Source of the DNA: Zygnema circumcarinatum SAG 698-1b
Taxonomy: Eukaryota > Plantae > Zygnematophyceae
Direction of reading: 5' to 3'
DNA length: 64,000 bases
Assembly (NCBI GenBank): GCA_037447605.1
Contig: CM074807.1
Coordinates: 992,001 to 1,056,000 of the forward strand
Shown here: piece by piece, positions 1 through 21,550 of the stretch
Layout: each line of letters begins with the position of its first letter
Position numbering within the stretch: the first letter of the stretch is position 1
The notes under the pieces: model-generated
What the model was told of the DNA's origin: nothing
Databases searched by the model: none
Seen by the model: only the letters and a program-made list of their open reading frames with translations
Program-made: the position numbers and the translations under genes

Positions 1-223
1 TTTTCCAAGATTTCCACTTCATAGCCAAAGTAGAGCTCGCAATTTCTAGCATTCTTCAAAGTTCGAAATCAACAGCAATGGCCCCTTGAATGTTCATACG
101 GGTCTCAAATGCGAGCAGCTCAACCACCAATATACTACCAACAATTTATTCAGTTAGAAAACATTCAAGCTCGGAAAAGTGACGTAAAACAGTCCACAGC
201 AAGCGAAACAACTTCTCCCCCAC

Positions 224-735
224 CGTGACACATGCCGCAAATCGGCACTTTCAAGCCGTGCGCCCTCCACCTGCTGCTGTTTCACCATGGCTCTCTCCAA
301 GTCACATCCTCCTTCCGAATTCATACTCGCAGCAGTAGCCGTAGCAGGAGGAGGAGGAGGGGTTGCCTGCAAGCACCTGCTCTGCTCACAGGCCATGGCC
401 GCCTTTGCCATGCGCTCCTCCTCCGCATGCATCGAAATGACAGAGCATCGCACCATGGCTTCCCCTCTCGCCAGAGCCTTGCCACTTGGCGTCTGCTGAT
501 AGGCTCCCGCCACCTCTCGCACGTGCCTGACAACTGCAGCAGGAAGAAGGCGGCTGTGCGGCATCAGAGGGGAGAGCGGGGAAACCAGAAGAGTGCAAAT
601 GAGAGAGCCAAGAAGGCCTCCTCCTTTACAGGGACGAGCAGCCCGCCGCCATGGCCATGGCTGCCTGCCGGAGAGGAAGGAGGTCTTTGAAAGGACGGCG
701 ATTCCAAGACGCCTCCCTCGACCCATGACCGCCAT
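224..735 (-). CDS. Probable 5' coding exon of an unidentified gene continuing off the left edge; start codon uncertain
   Basis: 193-aa ORF (154..735) with a plausible donor CG|GTGGGG at 223. It lies head-to-head with the GT18 gene across a promoter-like region. No family motif recognised. Confidence 0.35.
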
Positions 736-1545
736 GGCCGAGAGCGGAGGGACGTCCTAGGAAACCAGTTCAAAATTAGTACTCTCTCTGTGGGAAAATG
801 AGCCGGAAAACCTTCAACTACAGCATTCGTTCTATTTTGTATCTGGGATTGCCCTAACAATCTGGTGTGCAACCTGACTAACCATGGCTAGTATTTTTTT
901 CTTACTGTTGGTCCAAATGTCTAGTACAGTACTGTATGAAACATCGTATTCGATATATTTTTCAAAATCGACCTATTTCGATACTGTTTGCTCTTTTGTC
1001 CGTACCAATGCGTGCAGAAAACGACAAAGGGACATGCCACCACCCCGACCGTACAATCTTCTTTTTGTGTTCCGTACGGGTACTGTGACAACACGTCACT
1101 CCAATCAGCGCACGTAGTTCCATGTTCACAGTTGCGATCCGCCCGTTTCCACTCGACGCACTCCTCTCTTTTCGCTAAACGACAAACTGACCGGCAAGCC
1201 CCAGCCGTATGGTCCCGCTATTGATTGGTCAGAACAAGATTGCTGACGTGTTTACTGTGGAGCAATGCTTCTCCGCTGTGCCCCTAACGCAGACCAAGGC
1301 CAAGCCAAGTTTCATTTGGCAATGGCTTGGAGATTTGTTCGAATAAAGTATTTCGCACGGTAACTTCGACCTTTATTTAATGTCTTTGGAGCAAAAACGC
1401 ATGTACTGATTTCGAACGACTGGTTTCTTGTAGAAGACGAGGTTGCCCTGGCTCATTTGACTTCTCCAGGAAGGACCGGCCATGGCGGCGACGCCTGCAC
1501 CTACGTCAGCAGGCAGGCTCCGCATCCCACTCTCACTCTCTGGCT

Positions 1546-4500
1546 ATGGCGAATGCTGCAGGTTGAGGGAAGGGAGGGGGTTTTAGGGTTGAAGGATGTG
1601 TGAGGGTGGAGGAGACGAAGAAGGAGGCTCAGCTTTAACGAAAGGAGCGTTGGTTGCTTTGGTTGGAGCAGACGAGGGGGAAGGAAGCTGCTGAGTGATT
1701 GGTTTTGGGAGAGTTGAGAGAGGATATTGTTGTGAGGGACTGAAAGGCATTGCATTTGTGTTTTTTTTGGTTCTGAAAGCGGTCTATCTGTGTAGGAGTG
1801 TGCATGAACAGGTCAAGCAAGTTGTGTCGATGTTGTTGCTGCTTCAAAATCTTTCAGAAAGTGAAGGAATAAGCTGATTATGATGTGTTCAAGCCTGTGC
1901 TTTCATGTACTTTTGTTGCAGCTCAAAGCAATTTGAACGTCCGTTACCCATGGAAGTTCCGGAGCTGCCTCGTGCTGCTGTTCGCCATCAACTTGGCCAT
2001 AAGTGCTTACGTGTATTTCGAGATATATCTCGATGCAGGGAAAGAGAGCAACTCCATGCTCTTGAAGGTATACTACTCGACGAACACTTTATTATCTTCT
2101 ATTGTGCTCACATTGATCGGTACTACTTTGTTGCATTCTGTGCTGCCTATTTGTACGTCATGAAACCTGGAGTACCCGTCGGCATGCAGGGTCGAACATT
2201 TGTTTGGTGTAGGTATATGAGTCGCTTGTGCCTCATTGAACTCGTGTGGGTTAAGGTGTGAGAAGATCAGTGACATGTTATATCTTCTTGTGCAATTTAA
2301 AGTGTTTTGAAATGGTAAATTTTGAAGGCTATTTAGCAATAAAACCTAAAAAATATGAAGACCGCCAAAGTGGAAACACAGAATTGTTATGCTTGATGGT
2401 AATTTATGGCCATATGCATGAGATCAAGTGGACTCAATCTGCAGTGTTTCATTAGCGCAGCATATCTTGTTCGTCTACCTGGAACAGACTGAGAATGCAT
2501 CGTAACGTAAAGTAGATTTTTTTTTTTTGATTTTTTTTTCGGTAGCATTGGACTAGTTCGCCATGCCGTTGATGAATGATGAGACAGAGAGTCATTCTGG
2601 GATGCAGGAGTCCAACACCAACAGTTCACAGATTCTGAGCAGTTCAGATGAGAGACAGACAGAGGTATTGAGGAAAGACATGAAAGATCCTTGTGGCTGC
2701 GATGAAGGGAGTGAAACAGGTGAGAAAGTATCACTTTTTCTGGTGCTTCATAAGAAAAAAAAGTAGTAACTTACAACCTCAGGTCCTGAATTTCGAGATT
2801 GGGTGTTTGTACTTGGTTAGGTTAACGGGAAAAATTACGTATTGAAACAAAAGGGCCATTCTAGAGGAACAAAGCCATACGGCGTTCCCTTCTGTATATA
2901 TACAAATTAACATTCATCTACTAAAGTGTTTTTTGTATAAAAATTCAAATTATTCTGACTGTTTTTGTATTATGTATTTCCAACTGTTAGCATGTAGTAC
3001 TTTTTGAAAACAAACATAAAAATAATAATAATAATATACAACCCAGTAAGGACAAAAAAAGAAAAACATAAAACGTCGTGTTGACCCAATTTTATAAACC
3101 TTTGCGCTCATCCTCCTTTTCTGTTTGCTATGCATGCCTTGCCAATGGTGTGACATTGTGCTTAGCTTCTTTGGTAACGGCCTATTTCTTCCCAAGTAAA
3201 CAGATCTTATATGTTCACTCCTTTTGCCGTTGTGCCCATTGATGTTGGCATCCAAAGAGTAGCTTATCTTGCTTGCATTTGTGGATGCTGCTGCTCCAAT
3301 CCAGGTGCAGGTGCTTCACCGGCTGTCCAGATGGAGGATCCGCTACTTCAAGCTCAATATGGACTGTACACATTATGTCCTCCTCACTATGTTGTGTCTC
3401 CTCCAACGGATGCAAAAACTCCTAGCGATGGGCTACCACCACAACACTGGTGGGGTCTCGGAGGACAGTCGGGCGAAGGATTTCCCGTGAACAGTAGTGA
3501 TGATTGGCCCATTGTGGATGCGTCGACTCTACCCAACTTGCCATATCTGCGCACAAGGTATGCAAGTTTACAACGTTTAGGCATTTGTTTAATAATGATT
3601 GTGGCACCTCTTGAATGATAGGTTTACTTCATAGATCATGAATAGTGTGTTGCGTGTAGATTGCTATTGCAGAGATTTTGACGATAGTTGCCCTCTGTTT
3701 GATTGCGTGTGTTTGTTCTATTTGTTGTTTAGAGTATGAGAGCTTCATAAAATCTGGAAACCAAATTGTTGGAACCCATTTCTGATTAGTGACACGCCTG
3801 TACCTATTTTTTCCTATGTATAGATATACGCGAATGTATAGCCATTGGCATGCAGCAATGAGCCGCCTTCGAGCTAAGCTTGTGAATGCGGGAGAGCCTC
3901 CCTACGCTCTCAGAATGAAGATGAGAACAAGGCAAAGTGATGAAACACAGATGGACCAAAGCTCCATTTTTGACTCTGTCTTGCAGCAGGCTGTCAAAGC
4001 TGCTGGCCTCACTCTAATCTCTCCTACAGTTAGTTCCATGGACTCAATAGATGGGATCAGAAACGGCCGCGCTGACAGGGAGGTAGGAACTGGCAATAAC
4101 TGGAGTACGTCAACGTGGGCGAATGATCGAGCATCGTACGAGGGATTTTGTAGTTTTTCAAGGTGATTTTTCAGAGCTTAATTATCACTAGGCGTTTTGG
4201 ATAGGAAGCAGACGTTAGCGAGATAAACAAAATGGGTTTAATTTTTCATATTCAAGTCGTTTAGTAGTAGACTATCGCATTAAAGCAGAATTGACTTGAA
4301 GTTTTGTCAACTTAGCTTGTTGAAGTTGCGTGACCTCATCGATGGAGGTGACTGCCTCATTTGTGCTCATTTCATAGTGGCTGGGTAGTCCAGTTCTTAG
4401 CTTTCTGTTCACTGGTACGAGCTTTTTTTCTTCTTTTGGTTTTTCTCCTTCTCCTCGCTGGTCGGAAAGCGACTCTCGAGAGGGCGACTACCGTAATTGA

Positions 4501-7500
4501 CTTACTTTTGGTGTGTGGATGCTCTGCAGGTCCGTTAAAGATCATGCAGGGATGACTGTATCCAGCGCTCCAATGCCGAAGGTTCTCACATACGATGGCA
4601 GCCTTATGTTCTACGGCTATGATGGCCTGACCGGCCCTCAGGGAGACATCATGCAGTGGTGTGACCTTCTGATCGCCCTCCATCTCATTGGCTACGCCTC
4701 TAGCCTCACTTTTCCTCTCACGTACTCTCATCCCTGCCCTTCACTGGAAGACTACGACGTGGTGTTTATCGACTACGCTGCTCTCTTGTGCCGTCAGTGC
4801 TCGTACGATTCCTCCCCCTTTCGTGCTTCCATGCATTGGTCAGTCGTAACGGCAGCAGCAGAACGGGCAGTAAGCAGCATCGATTTGATCGTAGTGTAGA
4901 ACTTTGGAATGTAGTCAGACTTTCTGCCAGCGAAGTTCGGGGTCACAGGAGGTCCCAACACATTGAGGAGTCCTACTATACATGTATATGTGATAAGTAG
5001 GATCCGAAACATTCACCATGCATTTCTTTCCTCATCACCTGCATGCACTACATGAGGTAGTGGGAATCGGAGGCCTTCAGTTGGACGCAAGGAAGCAAAA
5101 GTCTTCACGGCTGATGATCGAAGTTCTGCAAATCTCCTATGGCTGGGAGGTTTCAGTGTCTTTGTTCACAAAATGAAAACCCGTGAAATTATATAGGCAT
5201 GTTCTAACCTCATAAACTTTGCATCTGTTAATCGTGAAGTTTTCCGTGCAAATGAGATAATGACAGTTCGCTGGAAGAATTTAGAGCATGAGGATAGTTG
5301 GAGCAGCCTTATTATGTGTTCTTCTCGATGCACTTCTCGACTCTCAGCTAATTTTTCCGTAATTCTTGATGTGCTTATGTCTTATTGAATGCCCCCTTGC
5401 TTTTGCTGCCGCAGTTATCGTCAGGGCTTTTACACTCAAGGTTCGAACGGTGCAAAATGCAAAGTGAGGCTCCTTGATTTGTTTGGAACGGAGGAGATGC
5501 ATAATTCAGGGACCATTCCAGGCGAGTATTCTGGTGTGCGCCTACCAAGCCTTCGGCAATACCTATCTTTACAGCCGGATTACTCCCCTGGGAACACATT
5601 TCTCGGATTTGTTTCCTTCCAAGGCACTACGCCTTTGAGGTGGGAGCCCACACACAGTTCTTACGTTCCGTATTCCATGTTTTGATTGGGCTATGACTCC
5701 GTCGCTGATCTGGGTGCCTCCAGTCGATGATTTTCAAAACCTAACTCATGTAAAGGCCAAGTGAAATGGACCAGATTCTGACATCGTAACTCAGAGGGCG
5801 GAACATTTCTTAGATCGGTTGATTGAATGCAAAGTAAAGGATTTATAATATAGTACAAGTCATTTATATACGCGTTATCCTCCTCGGGATCATCAGAGCA
5901 GAATGCGCAGGAGGCGTAGCCTGTTGACTTATTCTGAGAAAGTCCAAATCTGATGCCAGTAAGAGTGCTTTTAGAAGCGACTACCGGTGTAACTTCGAAT
6001 TCAATTACGATGGGAGAGTATTGAAAAGTGGAGGGGGAGAGTCTCAACCAGAAGGAATAGGGCAGTGGGAAAGTGCCTTCACCTTTTAGATAACATATTC
6101 CGCTTCGAGCATCGACCTTAATTTTGCCATTTTTTCTCCCATGTAGGTCAGAGCGTTTGCTCATTAATTTCTTCCTCGGTTGCATTGTTGTCCCTCTTGC
6201 AGCTGAATGCATGAGGGAACAGACCATGAGGGCATATTCATGCAGGCATCTCGATGGGTGTCCAGCGCATAATCAAGAAGGGCTTCTCTCTCGCTGGAGA
6301 CATGTCCCTTCAGCACATTCATTTTGGCACATCAGGTATGTCCAGAGTAGCATACTCATTCTTGTACCGCCATACTGGTGGGGACCATTTCACTGAGGAG
6401 CATGAGCATGAGCATGAGTTACCATTGGGTCATGAAAAGGGTAGTTACTGCAGCATGCACATACATGAGGGCACCTCCGGAAATGCAAAGCGAAACCTCT
6501 TGACCATACTACTAGAGGTTAATCCTCCTTGTCAGATCATGAGAAAGCACTTGTAAATTTTCTTCAGGTTTCGGGGCTCAGGTTAGTGTCAACAGGTAGA
6601 AACTGACATAGTGACCTAGGTGCAGAAGACTGATTAAGGTAGTTGGGGACCCCATGATAACCTGTTTCGGTTTGAGGAGGGGTACGGAATGTATTTTATC
6701 TGACAATGGGATATGTATCTCGCAAGTCTTTTGAGTATTTGGTGATGACCAATTTAATTCAAGTTTAATGTGCCGCGTGATTAGTGTTCAACAGCTGTGG
6801 CAAACCCATTACTGTAATTCTCGCAGTATTATGCTAATGCTAAAACTGCTATTATGAAGGTAAGCAGGAGGATGTACGGGTGTTTAAAGCCTCACATGAA
6901 GGAAGATGAATGGGGTGATCGTTTACTGCTGCTAGCTGTTGTTTCGCAAATTTCCAGGCCTTCCTTACACATCATTCTCACTGAATGGCCCCCCTATTCA
7001 TTTTCATTGGGGTCTTTTTCTGGCCTGATTCTGCATGCAGGCCATCCCCCTCGAAAACTTTTGGATGTAACACAGCTGCTGAGAGTCAAATCTCGACTAC
7101 AAGTTGCAATAATTCACTCGATTATCATCGACAGTGGGAGGCTCAGATATGGGGCAAAGGCTCCAGTTACTTCAGAACTCGATACCCTGATGCTAATTTT
7201 AACCTGGAAACCTTTCTGTCTCAATCGTCGAAGCATGTACCTCTGGCAGCTTTCGTAGATGCAAGCGAGAAAGAAACTGTACCTTCATACGTCCGTATCA
7301 GCGAAAGGATCCTTACTCCTGCAGAAGTGGGCGAGCAGCTTGCAAGGTGAGAGCACAATGCTTCATATTTTTACCGCCATATGGATCTCCTCTATGTATG
7401 TTCCAGTTCAGACATCATCAGTGCTGAACTGAGAGCAAGCAGTGGAATCTATATTTCAGGTGCTCTATTGTGATAGGGCTTGGGCTACCCTTGATGGCAT

Positions 7501-8020
7501 CCGGCCTTTTGGAGGCAGCTGCCAATCCTGGCTTGCATCTCGTGCTGCCCAAATTTGATCCTCCCTGGACGTCCAGTAATCAGGATCAGATGCGGGGAAA
7601 GCCCACCAGTCAGCCCTTCACTTCTCAGCATCCTTTTCTGGAGCAGGTGTTGAGACCCCCATATGTTTACACCATCAACATAGCAAATCAGACGGTGATT
7701 TCGGACGCAACCCTCAAGCTCTTATGCGTTTTCAGGGTTCGTATGACTTTCTGCTCTTTTTGGGGCTTTGTTTTTCCTTTTGTAAAAGAATCTCCCGTTT
7801 ATTATCTGTGCAGGAAGTGGAGGCGGCGTTGATAGATATTCGCAAAGATTTTGATTATTTGGCAGGTTTGACGACCTTAGAGCAGCGGAAGGAGTTGGGC
7901 CGGAGAAAGGCTGCCGTGTTGGATGCTGTAGAGCCCTTTTATGGCGCGGAGTCTTTTCTGGTGAGAGTCCACAACTTGGTTCAAGGGCACAACGAGTGCT
8001 TTGGGGCTAAGGTAACTTAA
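1546..8020 (+). CDS. GT18 / MGAT5 (GnT-V)-like beta-1,6-N-acetylglucosaminyltransferase, type II membrane protein, about 10 exons
   Basis: N-terminal TM (CLVLLFAINLAISAYVYF). Spliced exons 4530-4802, 5415-5639, 7041-7346, 7460-7694 and 7814-8020 join with consistent phases. They give GPQGDIMQWCDLLIALHLIG, VVFIDY, CKVRLLDLFGTE, PGNTFLGFV, PSYV, IGLGLPLMASGLLEAAAN, PKFDPP, GKPTSQPFTSQHPFLE and PYVYTINIANQ. These are collinear with recalled human MGAT5 motifs GPLGELVQWSDL, LIYID, CMLRVLDSFGTE, PDNSFLGFV, PSYV, VGLGFPYEGPAPLEAIAN, PKFNPP, GKPT..TSQHPYAE and PHVWTVDLNNQ. The 5' exons and start codon (1546 versus 1482) are less certain. Confidence 0.85.
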
Positions 8021-9556
8021 TGCCAATCTTATTTACTCCTCTCCTTCAAGCCTCCAGGTACAAATCGTGAGGAATAGGATCTGTGAGCTCATTTTGGAGT
8101 CGTTTTTCAGAGCGGCACAATTTTTTCCTTTTTACTTATGTTAAATTTACTTTTTGTGAACAAGTGCCCTTCCGTTTCTTTTCCTTGATGGAAGCGGTTT
8201 AAGGTTAGGATCGAGATGATAGGAAAAGCAAAAATGGTGAGCAATAACAGTAGCAGATGCTGATGTATATTGTTTGTTATTTACATGAAGCGTTTTTCAA
8301 GGCCCGACTTTAACGGCCGAATCTGGAATGTTTGTTGTTCGGAGCTTTAATGGAGTTGGCTGGGTTATGTCCTATTGCAGTTCTCAGTTCTCAATTCTCG
8401 TGAAAGTGTATTGGGAGGAGCAAGAACAGAGGGGAAGATGTTGGGATATGTCTTACTCTGTCGTGTGGCATGCTCTTGGGCCTTCAATGCATTCGTGGCC
8501 GTCGGAATTTGTTCGACTATAGTCTGCTACGGGAAAGACCCATAATTACAAAGATAGCTAAAAAACCATCCTGTTTCATCCACCTCTCGTCTTGATCTTC
8601 TGGCTATGCCTGAGGGCTTTTCTAGTCGAGCGTCTTCCATTGGTGATTTGCCATGTATTTCACGTTTTAATCTTCAAACCGCCGTTGCGTGGAGAAAGGC
8701 TCCTCCCTGCCACGCATCACCTGTGAGCGGCACCTACATGGGTTTATATCCAGCTTCATCTCTCCGAGCGTGCCAAAGTGCCGAAGTGCCAAAGGCCATC
8801 TATCGCCTTTCTCTCCCTTGCGTCGTTTGATCCCCACATGCCTTTCTTTCTGTCAGCCCCAAACCTGTACCCCCCCCGCCCTCACCACGAAACGCATCCG
8901 TGTGCTATCACCCCGTGTAATTTAATTTCTTACTTTTCTTTAGGACACGTTCTCTCACTTCACCAGAAAAAAAGTAAGGCACTCCGCAAAGGGTACTTCC
9001 AGGGTGACATTTTCACAATCAGACCGTACAGTGTGTGCGGACCTACCCAGTTTAACCATGGGCCGAATGGGATCCTGTGGGTGGTGGAAAGCCCTTACCC
9101 CCTTGTTTACGACGTATCCGATTTGCAAAATGCTATGAAGTCAGCAGACAGGCTTCAGATGCTCAAAGGCAGTTTTCAAGCAACTTTTTCCAAAGTAGAG
9201 AGTTTTCCTGACAGCAGAAAATACACCCAGTTAAGCCAGAGACCGGGTAGCGAAAAACAAAAGAAACATCATTCTCATTACACGGCTCAAGAAACCGCCG
9301 CCCACTCCCAAGCAGAGACCAAACACAAAAGGCGATCGGATCCACACGAGCTTCTGCAAAGAGTGAAAGGCGGTAGTGGTACATGCAGCCATGGTACAAG
9401 GCAGGGCCAAATGGCCTCCTAAATTCTCCTATGGGCACCTCCCGCGCCTCTATACGACTGCGGGTGTCCAGAACGTCCTGACCTGATCTATAGACTGCCA
9501 AATAGACTACAGACTGAATTTCAAAACTGCTCTCAGTTTTCCGTATGGAGTGGCAG

Positions 9557-9620
9557 AGGGAAAGGGAGAGGGAGAGGGAGAGGGAGAGGGAGAGGGAGAG
9601 GGAGAGGGAAATGGAGAGAG
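9557..9620 (+). repeat. (GGGAGA)n hexamer microsatellite
   Basis: About 9 tandem GGGAGA units read directly. Confidence 0.9.
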
Positions 9621-10646
9621 ACGTACAATTGTGAGAGCTCTACTGCAGCAGCCCTACACTAGTGGTACCCATGGCCGTGCAGCCAATCCTAACCCTGCCC
9701 TACAGCTTCTTTCTTAGGCGCAGTACAAGACCTAGGCTTATGCTACATCTGAGTGAGAGATCGCCTGCCCAGAAGCAAAGCTTATAATTATTGGCTACTG
9801 CTGCGAATTGCCTGATTGGACAGGGACATTCGAATGCCTACTATTGTACAGCTGTCCTCTGGGAATCACAAGGGCATACTAGAAGTAAGCAGCAGCCTGA
9901 TACTAGGACAGGGCTCTATGCGGATGATGGGTATGAGAGCAGAGTGTCTCCTACAGATGAAAAAAATCTTCCCTCATAGCCATTCACGGCAGAGCTTTTT
10001 CATTCGGGAGACCAGTATAAGGAAAACAAAAAGGTCGAGAAAATAGGACTTCCAGGGGTCCGGCTAGGGGAGTAGGAAGTGCAAGTCGTCAAATCATGAA
10101 AACTTCAATGGTAGAAGAGTGAGCCCGCCGCTGAAGAGAGAGATGAAGAGCCCAAGATGACGCTCAAAGAGTCAATGGGTGGTTGAGTGGCTGGAAATAG
10201 GTTATTTTCTCCATGCCGCCAAGAGGCAGGTTGAGGGAAGATATAGTAGGACGCTTTCTCCAACTTAGATCCCAACTCTCAATGTCTTGGATAGGAAAGT
10301 GACCTCCAGTATTACTCCCATCCTCGAACTCTGACGGAATCGGTAGCCACCTTTCCTTTTCAGAGCAAATATTGCATAAGGTCTTGCAGAAAGCTGGGCT
10401 CAGTCTTCACACTTTGCCTCTGTAAACTTCGGACTGCGATCTGAGCCACTTCGATCCGCAGCGAAGAATAATATTCAATAGTCAAATAGTCAAATAGGGA
10501 AAGAGTATCGGGATATCTATCAATGTACAGGGGGGAATCGCATACGGATTCCGACAGTAGCTTGCATTTGATGTGCTGTACTCTTTCTGAAATGGGAGAG
10601 CCCTTAGGGAAGGTAGCTATGAAAACCACCACAAGAGGGTTGAAAA

Positions 10647-19145
<8,499 letters not shown>

Positions 19146-19499
19146 CGCGAGAAAAACCTAACAAACTCCTATAAGACTTTTAACATCAGTTCCGCGTCCA
19201 GCCGCTGCGTTGCGCGGAAACAGCAGCAACCATCGCTACTTCCAGATACCATCTTCAAAACTAACCCTGTCCTTACGCCATCGCCATCACCTGCTCGCCT
19301 ATTGCCAGCCTCACAGAAAACTTCCAACCATAGCTAACGCTCGATCCCAAAATCAAACTCCCCCTGCAAACCAAACCAAGCCTCCTGCTGCTTCTCCTGC
19401 GGCTCTAGCCTTCAAGCAATCTCCCCACGCGCCGCTTGCCAAGGCTTTGTACACCCTCTCTCCCTCCCTCCTGCAAAAGGCCGGGAATCCGCGGCTTTG

Positions 19500-21550
19500 C
19501 AATCCTGCCAGGCCAGCAGCAATCAAGCTGTTGCAGAAACAATATATTTGGTCAGGGATAACGTAGGCTGCTGCAGGGCTACTCCGGACCCCTGCAGGCG
19601 GGCGGGCACGCAGGCAGGCAGGCAGGCAGGCAGAGGGGAGGGGGCAGGGCGGGCCCCCTGCGTCGCCAGAGGGACGTTGCAGGCCAAAGCTTGCCGGCCG
19701 GCCACCGGCCGCCGTGTCGGCCGGCAGAAGCGGCGCGCGGTGCGGCGCGGCAACGGGAAACTGAGGGGGACGGCCGGCGAAAAAGAGGCCGGCCGGCAAA
19801 ATGTTGGAGGAGCCGGCGAAGGGGCGAAGCGGCGGGGCCGAGGGACGGCCGGCGCGGGACCGACCGGGCGGGCGGTTGACGGGATATTTCGGGCGCGGGG
19901 ACGGGGACCGAACTCGGGCCGCCGAGTTCATCGGGGCGGAAGGGCAAGGGGAGGGGGGGCACACGTGTCGGCGCGTCTCGACAGCCGTACGATTAGTACG
20001 GACTCCCGATGCGCAATTTGGGCTACGGTCCGGAAGCGGCAGATTAGTGCGCACGAGCGGGCGTTTATTGGGACTGTACGAACGAGCGACGGGATCCAAT
20101 CCCGGTTAAAGTGGCCGTACGGTTTTTTGTCGTGCCTTTCGTACAGAACGCTTGCGGGCGAGTCGTGGCAGGCGGGTTCGCAGATTCCGAGATTGCGGAC
20201 AATCCGAAACTGGCAAGCGGCGGGCGGGCGGATTCGGCAGAAGCGGACGCCTGACAGGGCGAGCTTGTCGGTTGCGGGTTCGAGAACTTATACGTGTGAA
20301 GTTGAACGACCGTCGATTCCGAAAACGAGAGGTTACGATTCCGCCACGTCATCTGACGGCCGAAGACGCCCAAAATTGCCGGCGGGGTCAGCGCCATCCG
20401 CGCGTGTCTCTCAGAGCGCGCCGGGCAGCGATGCCAAGTGGGCGCAAGCCGACAAAAGTACGCCGTCGGCGCCGGCCTAGCTTGCCGCTTAGCCGTCCGT
20501 ATGCCACGTTGGACTGCCTTCTGACCGCTGACTGACCTCTGACCACTCGCCACGTCACCTAATCGCGCGCCAGCAGCGCCACCTCGGACGGATGCCCCTT
20601 CAGGGCTGCCCTGCGCCACATGATCCAATCCGTCGCCGCCACGCTGGCAAAACGGCCACGTGGCAAGTTGCACGATCGCAACCGTCCGTCTAAACGAAGC
20701 GGTGGCCTCTCCGCCGTCCGATCGGTGGCGTTCCGTGTCGTATCCGCCCGTCGCGGCCGACGGCGACACGTCCACAAATTTCAAAAAGTTAGGGCCGCAG
20801 TCGGACCACCCGCTTTGACTTTCTGCGCTTTTTGTCCTTTTTGGAGCCGCATTTGGCCACGTTGACCGTCGGCCGAGTCGCACGGCGACACGTGGCGGGT
20901 CCGCGCCGCGCGGCACCGTTGGGCCCCTTTCGGTGCGCGCTCTGCGCGACACGTGTCGGTCGCACCAGGGCTTGCGCAGAAGCGACAAAGGGTGGGCCCT
21001 GCACTAGAGGTCGGCAGAGCCTATTCCTTAGGTCGGCAGGATGTTGGGTATAGGTCGGCGGGACGTTGGGTATAGGTGGGCGCCCCAGTCCCTCTCCAAC
21101 CGTCTCCCGCCCTACTTCAAATTTGGAAATTTGGTGCCGAGCGGGCTGCGCGGGACTTTGGCGGGAGACGACACACGCGCGAGTCTCGCCACGTACGGAC
21201 GGCGCCTTGCTGGCCGTACAGTCCCGTACTTGGAATTTGCGAATTCAAAAGCGACCGACCGCAAGTGACGGTCGGCGGCGCTTCTGAGGCGTGTTGGCGC
21301 CAACTTGCGCTCATGGCATGGCATACCATCCCATGGCATGACATGGCATGCCTGTACTTCCACGCGGAGAACCGCTGGGACCGGTCGGCTCCTCGTGGTT
21401 CACCCATCATGATGTTGGTGTTGCCCATGCCCATGTCCGTGCCCATTGGATGGCGGCATGACCATGGCGGGACCCATGCCATCTCTCCAGTTCAATGCCA
21501 TTCGCTCCCACTGCCCGGCGCGGCGGCCTCTTGGGGTTGCTCGTAGAGCG
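19500..21550. promoter_or_regulatory. Large CpG island / upstream region of the kinase with G-box and ACGT elements
   Basis: Extremely GC- and CpG-rich. CACGTG at about 19962, 20657, 20889 and 20950, plus many CCACGT variants and a (GGCA)n tract at about 19605-19635. Confidence 0.6.

Noticed and set aside
19353-21546. Many long overlapping ORFs (up to 327 aa) on both strands
   Set aside because: Expected in very GC-rich DNA. They are Arg/Pro/Gly/Ala-rich with no motifs and are better explained as a CpG island.
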